Assembly: GCA_964013405.1 (NCBI GenBank)
Contig: CAXGWI010000004.1
Span: forward strand, 1,673-65,672
Direction of reading: 5' to 3'
Length of the DNA: 64,000 nucleotides
DNA from: an uncultured Myxococcales bacterium
GTDB lineage: Bacteria > Myxococcota > UBA4151
The position numbers and the translations under genes were made by a program. Below are positions 9,742 to 18,719 of the stretch, piece by piece (position 1 is the first letter of the stretch; each line of letters opens with the position of its first letter). The notes beneath the pieces are model-generated. The model saw only the letters and a program-made list of their open reading frames with translations. It did no database searches and was not told the DNA's origin.

Positions 9742-10062
9742 TTAACCTGTGTTCGAATCGAGCCCGCGCAGCCAGTCGAGATAGGTCTGGTTTGCCAGCG
9801 TTTCATCAACGGAGAGGGGCAAAAACTCGGGGACTTCGTAGGGGTGGAGTTCGAGAAATCGGGTTCTCAGCTTGCTGACCATTTCTGTCGGTGTTTTGAT
9901 GGTGAGTAATGACTCGACCTCCCGATGCGTTGCGCCCTGCCATCGATAGATACTGGTCGCGCGCTCCTGAACCTGGATGCAGCCTGCAAGGCCTTCGTTC
10001 ACCAACTGCTCGGCGAAACTGTGTGCGTTTTCCGTCGGATGGGTGGAGAGGATTATTCGCAT
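9742..10062 (-). CDS. cutA: Divalent-cation tolerance protein CutA
   Basis: LAGCIQV, SIYRWQG, E..L.IKT, LHPYEVPE; 106 aa. Confidence 0.92.
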   Translation of the reverse strand: MRIILSTHPTENAHSFAEQLVNEGLAGCIQVQERATSIYRWQGATHREVESLLTIKTPTEMVSKLRTRFLELHPYEVPEFLPLSVDETLANQTYLDWLRGLDSNTG

Positions 10063-10141
10063 AGATGCCCGCCTTCTTGGCTTTTATCTGCTCCCCCACT
10101 AGCCTTTGGCAAGCCGGCCTATCGCTCGGGAAGGATTGAAT

Positions 10142-11698
10142 GTGAACTGGACGATCGTTGCTCTCGTTGTCGGGGGGATCCTGGTTCTGGTGTTGGCCTA
10201 CGACCTCCTACAGCGCAAAAGTGCGATCCTTCATAACTTCCCCCTGATCGGTCACTTCCGTTACCTGTTGATCGAGATCGGCCCGGAGATCCGTCAGTAC
10301 ATCGTTGCTCATAACCGGGAAGAGGCGCCCTTCAATCGCCTCGAGCGCGAGTGGATTTATCACAGTGCAGATCGGAAAAATAACTACTTCGGCTTTGGCA
10401 CCGACGACCAGATTTACGGCATTGGTTACCCGATCATTAAGCACGCAACGCTGCCCCAGGATGCCGCCGATTCCCACCTTGAGCACCATGGGGCCATCGA
10501 GATTCCCAGTGCCAAAATAATTGGTGCCGCCCATCGCCGCACAAAGCCGTACCGGCCGCCCTCGATCATCAATATTTCGGCCATGAGTTTCGGCTCTTTG
10601 GGCAAGAACGCCATCAGCGCTTTAAACCGGGGCGCGACCCTTGCGGGCTGTTTTCACAACACCGGTGAGGGGGGCTGCTCCCCGTACCACCGGCAAGGGG
10701 CCGACGTCTGCTACCAGATCGGTACGGGCTACTTCGGCGTTCGGGACCTTGAGGGCAATTTCTCTTTGGAAAAGGCCCAGGCATTGGTCGAGGAAGTTCC
10801 CCAGATACGTCTCTTTGAGATCAAGCTCTCCCAGGGGGCGAAGCCCGGCAAAGGTGGCGTCCTTCCCAAGGAGAAAATCACGCCGGAGATCGCCGCGATT
10901 CGTGGGATCCCAGAGGACAAGGACTGCTTGAGTCCGGCCAACCACACGGCCTTTTCGGACGTGGATTCGATGATCGACTTTATCGAAATGCTTGCCGATG
11001 CGACGGGGCGCCCCGTGGGCATCAAGGCGGCTGTGGGCCATCTCGACTTCTTCTACGAGTTGGCTGAGCGCATGAAGACTCGCAATGAAGGTCCCGATTT
11101 TATCACCATCGATGGCGGCGAGGGGGGGACGGGAGCTGCGCCTCTGACTTTCGCCGACCACGTCGCGCTGCCCTACAAGTTGGGCTTCATGCGGGTCTAT
11201 AAGATCTTCCTCGAAGCCGAGTTAACCGACGACATCGTCTTTATCGGCAGCGGTAAACTCGGCTTTCCCGACCGGGGTATTGTCGCGATGGCGCTGGGCG
11301 CCGACCTCATCAACGTCGCCCGGGAAGCGATGTTATCGATCGGCTGTATTCAGGCGCAAAAGTGCCACACGGGTGGCTGCCCAGCGGGGGTGGCAACCCA
11401 TCACGCTTGGCTGCAGCGTGGTCTGGATCCGGAGATCAACGCTAAGCGTTTCCAGGCCTACATTGAGACCTTTCGAAAAGAAGTTGCGATGGTGACTCGG
11501 GCCGCCGGTTATCGCCACCCCGGTCAGTTCACGGGCCATGACATCGAGATGTCCAGCGGCCCCGGCCAGTTCTCAACCCTCTATGAACTCTTCGGCTACA
11601 GCACGAAGCAGTACCTGCCCGGTCATGATCCGGTCGTGAAGCCCAATACCCGTGAGCTAGAAGCTCGGCTTGCCGGTCGTCTACCCCGTCGAATCTAG
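10142..11698 (+). CDS. FMN-binding glutamate synthase family protein (stand-alone, N-terminal TM helix)
   Basis: ISAMSFGSL, NTGEGG, EIKLSQGAKPGKGG, DGGEGGTGAAP, CIQAQKCHTGGCP (3Fe-4S). GTG start at 10142. Confidence 0.92.
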   Translation: MNWTIVALVVGGILVLVLAYDLLQRKSAILHNFPLIGHFRYLLIEIGPEIRQYIVAHNREEAPFNRLEREWIYHSADRKNNYFGFGTDDQIYGIGYPIIKHATLPQDAADSHLEHHGAIEIPSAKIIGAAHRRTKPYRPPSIINISAMSFGSLGKNAISALNRGATLAGCFHNTGEGGCSPYHRQGADVCYQIGTGYFGVRDLEGNFSLEKAQALVEEVPQIRLFEIKLSQGAKPGKGGVLPKEKITPEIAAIRGIPEDKDCLSPANHTAFSDVDSMIDFIEMLADATGRPVGIKAAVGHLDFFYELAERMKTRNEGPDFITIDGGEGGTGAAPLTFADHVALPYKLGFMRVYKIFLEAELTDDIVFIGSGKLGFPDRGIVAMALGADLINVAREAMLSIGCIQAQKCHTGGCPAGVATHHAWLQRGLDPEINAKRFQAYIETFRKEVAMVTRAAGYRHPGQFTGHDIEMSSGPGQFSTLYELFGYSTKQYLPGHDPVVKPNTRELEARLAGRLPRRI

Positions 11699-12076
11699 GG
11701 TTGCGATCACGACCATTCCCGTCTCGGGGTCATCGCCAAGTTCTTGAGCCATGGCCTTGGCCAAAGCCATTTGTTCCGGCAGCGACAAGGGCGCACCTGC
11801 ACCATCCATAAGCAAATCACCAAGGGTGCCGTCGGCCTGAAGTCGGGCCTGGGCGACGGGGCGGTCTGCTGGGCCGAGGTGAATCAGGTCGAGCTGTAAC
11901 TTGCCACTCTCATCACGGCGCAGTTGGCAGCGATAAAGCCCACAGTCTGGCATCGCATCGGCCAGCGCCTCGTAGAGGAAGTCCTCGACGGGGCCGGCCA
12001 AATCATGGCCGAAACGGAAGGGGCGCTCTAGCTCACCAGACTCGTGAATCCGGAGGACCAGGGGGTGGAAGCTCAT
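11681..12076 (-). CDS. Small acidic hypothetical protein (131 aa)
   Basis: ATGA-coupled to upstream gene; Asp/Glu-rich; no signal peptide. Confidence 0.65.
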   Translation of the reverse strand: MSFHPLVLRIHESGELERPFRFGHDLAGPVEDFLYEALADAMPDCGLYRCQLRRDESGKLQLDLIHLGPADRPVAQARLQADGTLGDLLMDGAGAPLSLPEQMALAKAMAQELGDDPETGMVVIATLDSTG

Positions 12077-12912
12077 CGTTCTACTTGCCTCACATCAAAG
12101 CCTGACATCCGACCGGCGACGAAATCTCGCACCAGGCCTGCGAAGACTTCCGGGTCCTCCATGCGGTCTGGGAGATTTTTTTTGAAGTGATGGTCCGCTA
12201 ATTTCTTTCCAGAGGCCGTTAAAAAGTCGCTACCATCTTCATTTTTCATCAGGCCATGGATGCGTCGGTCCAGTCCTGCACTGCCAAATTGCACATCGAC
12301 AGAAGCCTGGCCCCAGCGCTCAAGATCTAAGCGCATACTCATCCGGTGCCGGCCCGGCAGGCGTTCGCCATCATCGGCCAACATGCGCAGGCCGATGCGT
12401 GGGTCACCCTCCGTCTCGCGGAAGGTGCGGGTGGTGACCGCAAACCGGTCCCCATCGGAACTCTCCAGTTCCCAGTGCCGTACACCCTCGCCGTGTTGCT
12501 TCGAGGTGATCACCTCCACCCGTCCGGCCTTTAAATCGGCGGTGGCCTCCATCATTTCCCGCATCATTTCCAGTGCGTCTGCCGCTTCTAAGGGAGTGAT
12601 CCGACCCGCATCGAGAGCGGTGAGCACCCGTTCGGTGCTGGTCTCAAGAGCCTTCCGAAAGCCCTCGTGGCTGGCTTCGGGAAACAGGCTTGCCGTCGCT
12701 TCAGACTGAGCCAAAAGGCGCTCTTTGAGTTGGGGGAGGTCCGTCGCATTCCGGTGTCTCGAGCCCAGTAGATCGACCGGCTGGGTTTCCTCGAAGCGGT
12801 CGGGAGCCACCGCTGTCTCGGGCGGAGTTGGTGGGAGGAGGGTATCGGTCTCTGTCGGGACCAGAATGGGTTGGCGGGGCCCGGGGGCGCCGTCGATGGG
12901 ACGGCCGCTCAT
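12073..12912 (-). CDS. Hypothetical protein with Pro-rich DRFE leader (279 aa)
   Basis: GGAG RBS and ATGA overlaps at both ends. Confidence 0.7.
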   Translation of the reverse strand: MSGRPIDGAPGPRQPILVPTETDTLLPPTPPETAVAPDRFEETQPVDLLGSRHRNATDLPQLKERLLAQSEATASLFPEASHEGFRKALETSTERVLTALDAGRITPLEAADALEMMREMMEATADLKAGRVEVITSKQHGEGVRHWELESSDGDRFAVTTRTFRETEGDPRIGLRMLADDGERLPGRHRMSMRLDLERWGQASVDVQFGSAGLDRRIHGLMKNEDGSDFLTASGKKLADHHFKKNLPDRMEDPEVFAGLVRDFVAGRMSGFDVRQVER

Positions 12913-14510
12913 GGCGCCTCCGGGAGGACGGTTGCGTCGTCCTCAGGTCGAGCCAGGAGCCGCCGGTTGCTTTCGAGGACTTGGCCCGAGGCATCTTCAA
13001 TGCGGTATTCGAGGAGACTGCCGAACGGGAGTTGGAGCCCAGGCCCTTGGGAATCGATGGGGAGGCCCGGGGCCCCGTCTGTGGGTTGGAGGGCGGGGTG
13101 GTCACCAACGAGGTAATAGTTGCCCTCTCTGTCACCGACGAGTGATCGAGCGCTGACGTCCACCTTGGGCCAAGACTCGAGGGCTTGTAGCTTCTCGATC
13201 GTCCCTTGGGCCGGGCCATGCTCAGGATCCTGGCCATCATACTTTCGCAACAAGCCCAGCATGTTCGAAAGATAGCGTCGGCCGGTACGTCCGTCATCGA
13301 CTCGCCCGCTCTCGATGAAGAGGAAACTCTCTTCGTTACGAGCCCGTTTCCGTCCGCTCCCCATGCCACTGCGAGTCCAATTGCCGGCCCCCGTGATGAC
13401 CTTCATGTCGTTGAGCCCGAAGACCGCGGCTTTCGAGTGCACTGCGTTGTAAGGGCCTGTTGTGTTGATGAACTCATGGACCGGAATCCCGGCCCGCTCC
13501 AGGTCTTCATCCACCCAACTGTTGGAGGCGAAGTGTCCATACATTTCGATCCGGTTGCCGGCGAGATCCCGTCCGTCACTCTTCTTTCGGTCGGTGATGA
13601 CGAGGACTTCAACGCCACGAGCTTTGGCCTCAATGAGTTTTTCAGTCAGTTTCTTCTTATCCTTTGGACTCTCTAAGTCCTTGAGATCGAAGACGGAGAG
13701 GCCGATGAACTCATCTTCCGCATCAATCCACTCGAACAGCTTCTCCAGCGGACGGGGGCCACTCTTAGCGGGGGTAAACAGGACATTGATACCCCGCTCC
13801 CCATCCCAGACATTTTCCGTTCGCTTATGGCGACGAACGTCCTGAAATTTCTTTTCATAGAGGGAGACAAGGCCCGGATCACGGATCAGGTTGAGGTTCT
13901 CGTCATTTCGACTGGCGCCGTCTCCCGGGTTCATCGAGCCTGAAAGAACGACTTCGACCGGCTGGCCCGTTGTGGGGTCCAGACTGCGAAAGATTCGACT
14001 CTTTAGATGCATCAGATGGTTGGAGTCGATGCCGACCAGATGGGCCCGCTCTCGCTCCTCCTGCGGAATGTCTCGGTCGCTTCGGATGACCTTGAGTCCG
14101 GCTGCCTCGAATTGTTCGTCGACCGTGTTCCACTCCCGCTCTGGACTGATTTGATCGGCTTCGATGAGGACCCGCACTTCGACGCCAGCTTGATGAGCCT
14201 CGATGAGCTTGTTGATGACTTTGGAACTGCGAAGATTGTAGACAGCGTAATGGATCTGATGGGGATTTTCCCCTGCTGCATAAGTTTGCTGATCCGCTCG
14301 AGCCCCGACGATGACGTTCTCGATGAGTCTAAGTTCGGCTTTGGCCGCGGGGTCTTCGGGGGTGAAGTAGGCTTCGAAGCGCGCGCCTGGAGCACGAGCT
14401 TCGAAGCGGTCTCCCTCCGAGTTGGGCGATGGTGACGGTGACGTCACGTCGCCCGGACCATGGGGGGCATCCGTGCGGGGTGTACCACCTGTGCTCGGTA
14501 TCCGAGGCAA
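12909..14510 (-). CDS. Phospholipase D/nuclease superfamily protein with two HxK motifs and a possible CBM20-like C-terminus
   Basis: MHLKSRI...SGSMN...NDEN and VHSKAAV...GAGNWT...NEES. TTG start at 14510 follows GAGGAG and removes the overlap with the divergent gene. Confidence 0.8.
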   Translation of the reverse strand: MPRIPSTGGTPRTDAPHGPGDVTSPSPSPNSEGDRFEARAPGARFEAYFTPEDPAAKAELRLIENVIVGARADQQTYAAGENPHQIHYAVYNLRSSKVINKLIEAHQAGVEVRVLIEADQISPEREWNTVDEQFEAAGLKVIRSDRDIPQEERERAHLVGIDSNHLMHLKSRIFRSLDPTTGQPVEVVLSGSMNPGDGASRNDENLNLIRDPGLVSLYEKKFQDVRRHKRTENVWDGERGINVLFTPAKSGPRPLEKLFEWIDAEDEFIGLSVFDLKDLESPKDKKKLTEKLIEAKARGVEVLVITDRKKSDGRDLAGNRIEMYGHFASNSWVDEDLERAGIPVHEFINTTGPYNAVHSKAAVFGLNDMKVITGAGNWTRSGMGSGRKRARNEESFLFIESGRVDDGRTGRRYLSNMLGLLRKYDGQDPEHGPAQGTIEKLQALESWPKVDVSARSLVGDREGNYYLVGDHPALQPTDGAPGLPIDSQGPGLQLPFGSLLEYRIEDASGQVLESNRRLLARPEDDATVLPEAP

Positions 14511-14631
14511 GCCAACTCTCCTCTTCCTATCGTGCACGTGTTCTCGGTTCAGATGCAAACCGGGTGCTCCGGCGAACGACGTAGGCTTGTCTGGAGGGCC
14601 AAAAATAGGGAGACCGAACCGAGGAGGGCTT

Positions 14632-15327
14632 GTGTCCATCATCCTTGTGGGGGGACTCGAGCCCTCTGGAGAAGCGGGATTGGCCTTTCATCGGGGCCTT
14701 CTAAAGCGGGCCGATGATGCGAAGAATATTCTCCATATTCCCGCAGCACGCCATGATGCGCCGAGCCGTCAGGCAGAATTTCGTTTGGCTTACGAGGGAG
14801 CCTTGGCTTGCCATGTCGAAACCCTGGAACTCCATCGTCGCCGCCCTCCTAGAGTCGAGGTGCTAGCAAGCCTTGAGTGGGCTGATCTGGTCTTCCTTGA
14901 TGGGGGCAACAGCGCTTGGCTCATGGAGGCTCTAGATGCTGCCCACCTCGCTCCCTTGCTGCAAGGTTTTGCCCAGGGGTCTAAATGGCTGCTGGGCTTT
15001 TCAGCGGGTGCCAATTGCCTCCACGAACAAGGCTGGTCTGCGGCCGCGGGGCAACGCCCCGTGCCTGGTCTAGGCATCCTCCCAGGTGGCTTCGCCCCCC
15101 ACGGCAGCAACCCGGGGCGCAGCAAGGCGCTCCAGACCCATTTGGCCCAGCGCTGCGAACGATGGCTCGTGTGTGCTGATGGTTCTGCAGTGGCACTTCA
15201 GGCCGGAAGCTACGAGATTCTTGGCTCAGGGGTCGAAGTCCACGACCACCGTGAGGGATCCCTCCAAATCATCCCCCTGGAGCCGGGCCATCGGGGACCA
15301 ACGGATGAACTCTATCGGACCCGATGA
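14632..15327 (+). CDS. Peptidase S51 family (dipeptidase E/cyanophycinase-like)
   Basis: ADLVFLDGGN, nucleophile elbow GFSAGA, GLGIL..FAPH; GAGGAGG RBS before GTG 14632. Confidence 0.8.
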   Translation: MSIILVGGLEPSGEAGLAFHRGLLKRADDAKNILHIPAARHDAPSRQAEFRLAYEGALACHVETLELHRRRPPRVEVLASLEWADLVFLDGGNSAWLMEALDAAHLAPLLQGFAQGSKWLLGFSAGANCLHEQGWSAAAGQRPVPGLGILPGGFAPHGSNPGRSKALQTHLAQRCERWLVCADGSAVALQAGSYEILGSGVEVHDHREGSLQIIPLEPGHRGPTDELYRTR

Positions 15328-15364
15328 TGCTGGTGTCTAGGCGCAGAGGACTGATTCTGCGATA

Positions 15365-16252
15365 ATGGGGCAGGGGGGTGCTTTGATCTACCGATTGCTG
15401 GTCGTGGTGCTCTTGGGCTTGAGCGCGTGCGTGACGATTCACCGTGTGATGACCGTGCCGCCGGTGCGCAAGCAACTGGCGAAGAGCGCCGGGCAAGCCA
15501 ACAAATTGTTCCGGGGGGTTCAAGAGGGGCGACTGCAACGACAACGCGTGCTGACGCGCCTCTACGCAGAAGGGGCAAACCGCCAAGAAGAGCCCTATCG
15601 AGGCTTACAGGCCCATCTCTCTGAGTTGGCCAAAGTCACGCGGACGGTAAAAGGTTCCCATGACAAGATTCAGCGCCACCGGCAGGACTTCCTAGCGCTT
15701 ACGAAGGGACGGAAGCGACTGCGTAGCGACGGGCACCGATACACGCAGGCCCACGCTTTGATCGACAAGGTAAAAGGGGAATTGAAGACGCTCCAAGGCC
15801 TGAGCAACCAAGCAAGAGCTCAAGCCAAGCAGTTTGATCGTCTGGCGAAGAAAAGTCGCATCAAAGAGGTCGACGCGACGAAGCTCAGTGCCCAACTCAA
15901 AAAGCAGACGCGTAAGACCCGGGCTGAGATGACTCGATTTAATGGCTCGCTCAAAAAAGCCAGAGGCATGATGCGTCAGGCCGGGGGGCGCATGTCGAAA
16001 GACACCCGGGCTAGTCGTCAAAAACTGCTCAGTCAGATGCGGATCAAGCTTGCGAATATCGAGGTGCAAGTGGCCAAGATTGAGGGGCTAGCCGAACGAT
16101 TCGAGATTGAACGGCGTAAGCGGTCAAAGCTGCTTGTGGGCCCAGGGATGGTGGCCTTCGATGTGCTCGATGAAGTCACGGCAGCGGGCCGCCTCCTTCG
16201 TAAAGAAGGAGCCGAGCTACAAAAGCTGTTGCAACGATTCCGAGCTCAGTGA
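15365..16252 (+). CDS. Basic, helical/coiled-coil lipoprotein, hypothetical
   Basis: Hydrophobic N-terminus with LSA-C lipobox; strongly Lys/Arg-rich. Confidence 0.65.
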   Translation: MGQGGALIYRLLVVVLLGLSACVTIHRVMTVPPVRKQLAKSAGQANKLFRGVQEGRLQRQRVLTRLYAEGANRQEEPYRGLQAHLSELAKVTRTVKGSHDKIQRHRQDFLALTKGRKRLRSDGHRYTQAHALIDKVKGELKTLQGLSNQARAQAKQFDRLAKKSRIKEVDATKLSAQLKKQTRKTRAEMTRFNGSLKKARGMMRQAGGRMSKDTRASRQKLLSQMRIKLANIEVQVAKIEGLAERFEIERRKRSKLLVGPGMVAFDVLDEVTAAGRLLRKEGAELQKLLQRFRAQ

Positions 16253-16539
16253 CGGAGGTGCTGCAAGAGCAGCAGGTTGAATTCGTCGAGGGCCTCGTCA
16301 AACCCTTCCGGGCTTGGCTCGTTGAGGACTTCGTGGGTCGGCGAGCTGGATTCCAGCGCTTGGGTGAGCCCGGTCCGTTCGCCAGCTTGCAAGCGGTGCA
16401 TACCCTCGGGGCGGGTCATGCCCTCGAAACGATCCTCGCTTCGTACCGGTTTTTGCTGGGGGGTCTGAACGGTCGGGCCCGCTGGGCTTGGCTTCACCGG
16501 TGGTTTACTGCCCGGATTTCCTGTGCGGTGAATGCTCAT
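16246..16539 (-). CDS. Small hypothetical protein (97 aa) with Pro-rich DRFE leader
   Basis: ATG 16539 overlaps the upstream TGA (ATGA) with GGGAG RBS; MSIHRTGNPGSKPP...DRFE. Confidence 0.6.
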   Translation of the reverse strand: MSIHRTGNPGSKPPVKPSPAGPTVQTPQQKPVRSEDRFEGMTRPEGMHRLQAGERTGLTQALESSSPTHEVLNEPSPEGFDEALDEFNLLLLQHLRH

Positions 16540-16928
16540 GCCCATGCTCCCGTGTCGAGGAACTGCTCCGCTCGAGTCATTTCTGTGAAGGCATCGATGA
16601 TACTGGTCAAGCCCCGGTGACGGTAGCTCTCCTGCAGTTTGCCGGCCATGGCTGGAAACCGAACCACATGGGCCAAGCGCACCATACCTCGGTTCAAGGC
16701 CCATTTCTGCAGCCGCTTGAGCAAAGCGAGCGCTTCCCGGGACGTTTCTCTCAGCTTGCGAGTATCCAAGAGAAGGGAGAATGCCCGTCCAGAAAAGCCC
16801 TGGACGCAGAGTTTGAGTTCAGCGCCTAGGCGATGGACATCAGCGGTTTCAAGACGAGACCCGCAGCGCACTTGGAGGATGGGCGTGCCCCCTCCTGGAA
16901 TGGTGCAATGAATCTCGTAACTAGTCAT
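16536..16928 (-). CDS. STAS/SpoIIAA-like domain protein
   Basis: 130 aa alpha/beta pattern: FSLLLDTR, GMVRLAHVV, F...RAEQFL. Confidence 0.65.
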   Translation of the reverse strand: MTSYEIHCTIPGGGTPILQVRCGSRLETADVHRLGAELKLCVQGFSGRAFSLLLDTRKLRETSREALALLKRLQKWALNRGMVRLAHVVRFPAMAGKLQESYRHRGLTSIIDAFTEMTRAEQFLDTGAWA

Positions 16929-17008
16929 GGCTTTGGGAGCATCCTAAGAAGCGATGGAGGTATCGGTTCGGGGACCGAGCGGTTGTCTCCGCCAATTGTC
17001 CGAGGGGG

Positions 17009-18634
17009 CTAGGGCTGCTGAACAAGGTGGCCATCCCCCCGGGTCCCCAGATAACCGCCCCAGCGAATCACCTCTGGCACAGGGCTGGAGAGGTCCCGTC
17101 GCTCCAAGCGAAAGCCATTGGGGCGGAAGGTACTCAACAGCATTTCCAATCGCCCATCTCCATCCAGATCACCGACCCACGGCGTGCCAAAGCTTGAGCC
17201 TCGAAAACGTTCCAACTCGACGAGGCTCCTGGCGTTGGGGTCAAACATGAGAATCTGCTCATCGAGTTCTGGGTGACCCAATGGGTTGCCATCATCGTGA
17301 TCGAGGATAGGGTTCGTCAAGAGGATCGCTTCATCTTTTCCATCTCCGTTCACATCGACCAAGACGGGCGATGAGATGATGGTGCGTTCGATCGTTTCCT
17401 CGAAGATCCGGGCCCCCGTTGCACCGTCGACCGCGATCAGGATCGTCTCGGTCCATTGGGGATAAGTGCCTCGACTGAACGATGCGAAGACATCGGGAAC
17501 CTCGTCTTCGTTAAAGTGACCTAGGCCGGGCGAAACTTGCGTCTCTGAACCGGTGACGGTGAGCGACCAAAGGGTCTCTCCAGACAAGGGCGACAGGGCG
17601 ATGAGTCGGCCATCGAATGTAGCCACGACCACATCGAGATTTTGGTCGCCGTCGAGATCGGTCATGGCGGGGGGAGCAATAATCCCCTTGTGGGTCGTCG
17701 GCACCGTGAGCGCCTCAGCGGCGTCCAAGTCGCCTCGCAGAAGGGCATCGAGTGGGCTTGTCCAAAGGGCCCCCTGATGGGTTTCGCCGCCACTCCCAAA
17801 GAGGAGCTGCCAGGGGAGATCGGGACTTTGGCGCCAACGGTAGGGGGAGACATAGGTTTCAGCCCGGTCAGGCATGGGCGCTGAGGCGACGATCGTGCCA
17901 TCGGCCCCGGAGAGGACCATCAGGTGCCCAGGGGGGCGCGGGGTGAAGGGCTGCAGCGTGGAGTCGCCACCGTTTGCGACGAGGACCTCTGCTCGGCCAT
18001 CTCCATTTTGGTCTGGCAGGAGTTGGGGAGAGTAGAAGTTGAACCAACCATCTCCCCGGGCCGCCTGGCCGGTGGGTTCGAAGGCCCAGATCAGGCGTCC
18101 ATCATGACCTGAGATCGCTCTAAGTTCCGCATTTCGACCACCGATGATCACATCGTCGATCCCGTCTTCATCGAGGTCGGCCAGGGCTGCGGTGCCAAAG
18201 ACTTCTTCTCCGGCTGAGGCTCGCCAGAGTTCTTCGCCACTCCGACCGTCGATGGCCTGAATCGTTCCCTGATGCATAATTTCCATACCGCAGCCGACGA
18301 CTGCATCGAGAACACCATCACCATTGAAGTCAGCGACTCGGATCGATGAAACCGAGGGTTGGGCCAGGTCTGCGGCCCATTGGAGCGCTACGGTCGGGGG
18401 GTAGGCAAGGGGTGGGCCGCTGTCTGCTGCTGGACCACTATCGACCGGACGGCCCCCGTCCCAAGGGCCCCCATCGGTTTGGGCCGGCCCATCAGATTGG
18501 CCCAGGTCCCGACCCGCCGAAGCATCTGGGGCTTCGAAGCCCCCATCACTTTGATCCACGGCAGCATCGGCAACTGGTGGTGCTTCGCCCAAGGGACAGG
18601 CACAAAGAAGGAATGCCGGTACCAGTTGACGCAT
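17009..18634 (-). CDS. FG-GAP/PQQ-like beta-propeller lipoprotein (paralogue 1)
   Basis: LCA-C lipobox from ATG 18634; repeated DxNGDGxxD and IDGxxG.LW motifs. Confidence 0.8.
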   Translation of the reverse strand: MRQLVPAFLLCACPLGEAPPVADAAVDQSDGGFEAPDASAGRDLGQSDGPAQTDGGPWDGGRPVDSGPAADSGPPLAYPPTVALQWAADLAQPSVSSIRVADFNGDGVLDAVVGCGMEIMHQGTIQAIDGRSGEELWRASAGEEVFGTAALADLDEDGIDDVIIGGRNAELRAISGHDGRLIWAFEPTGQAARGDGWFNFYSPQLLPDQNGDGRAEVLVANGGDSTLQPFTPRPPGHLMVLSGADGTIVASAPMPDRAETYVSPYRWRQSPDLPWQLLFGSGGETHQGALWTSPLDALLRGDLDAAEALTVPTTHKGIIAPPAMTDLDGDQNLDVVVATFDGRLIALSPLSGETLWSLTVTGSETQVSPGLGHFNEDEVPDVFASFSRGTYPQWTETILIAVDGATGARIFEETIERTIISSPVLVDVNGDGKDEAILLTNPILDHDDGNPLGHPELDEQILMFDPNARSLVELERFRGSSFGTPWVGDLDGDGRLEMLLSTFRPNGFRLERRDLSSPVPEVIRWGGYLGTRGDGHLVQQP

Positions 18635-18719
18635 GGCGCAGACTCCAACACGGCGAGACTTTACCGATTGCGAGGGGCGACCAAGTCCCATTATCTCCCC
18701 CTCGCAAGGAGAACGTAGC

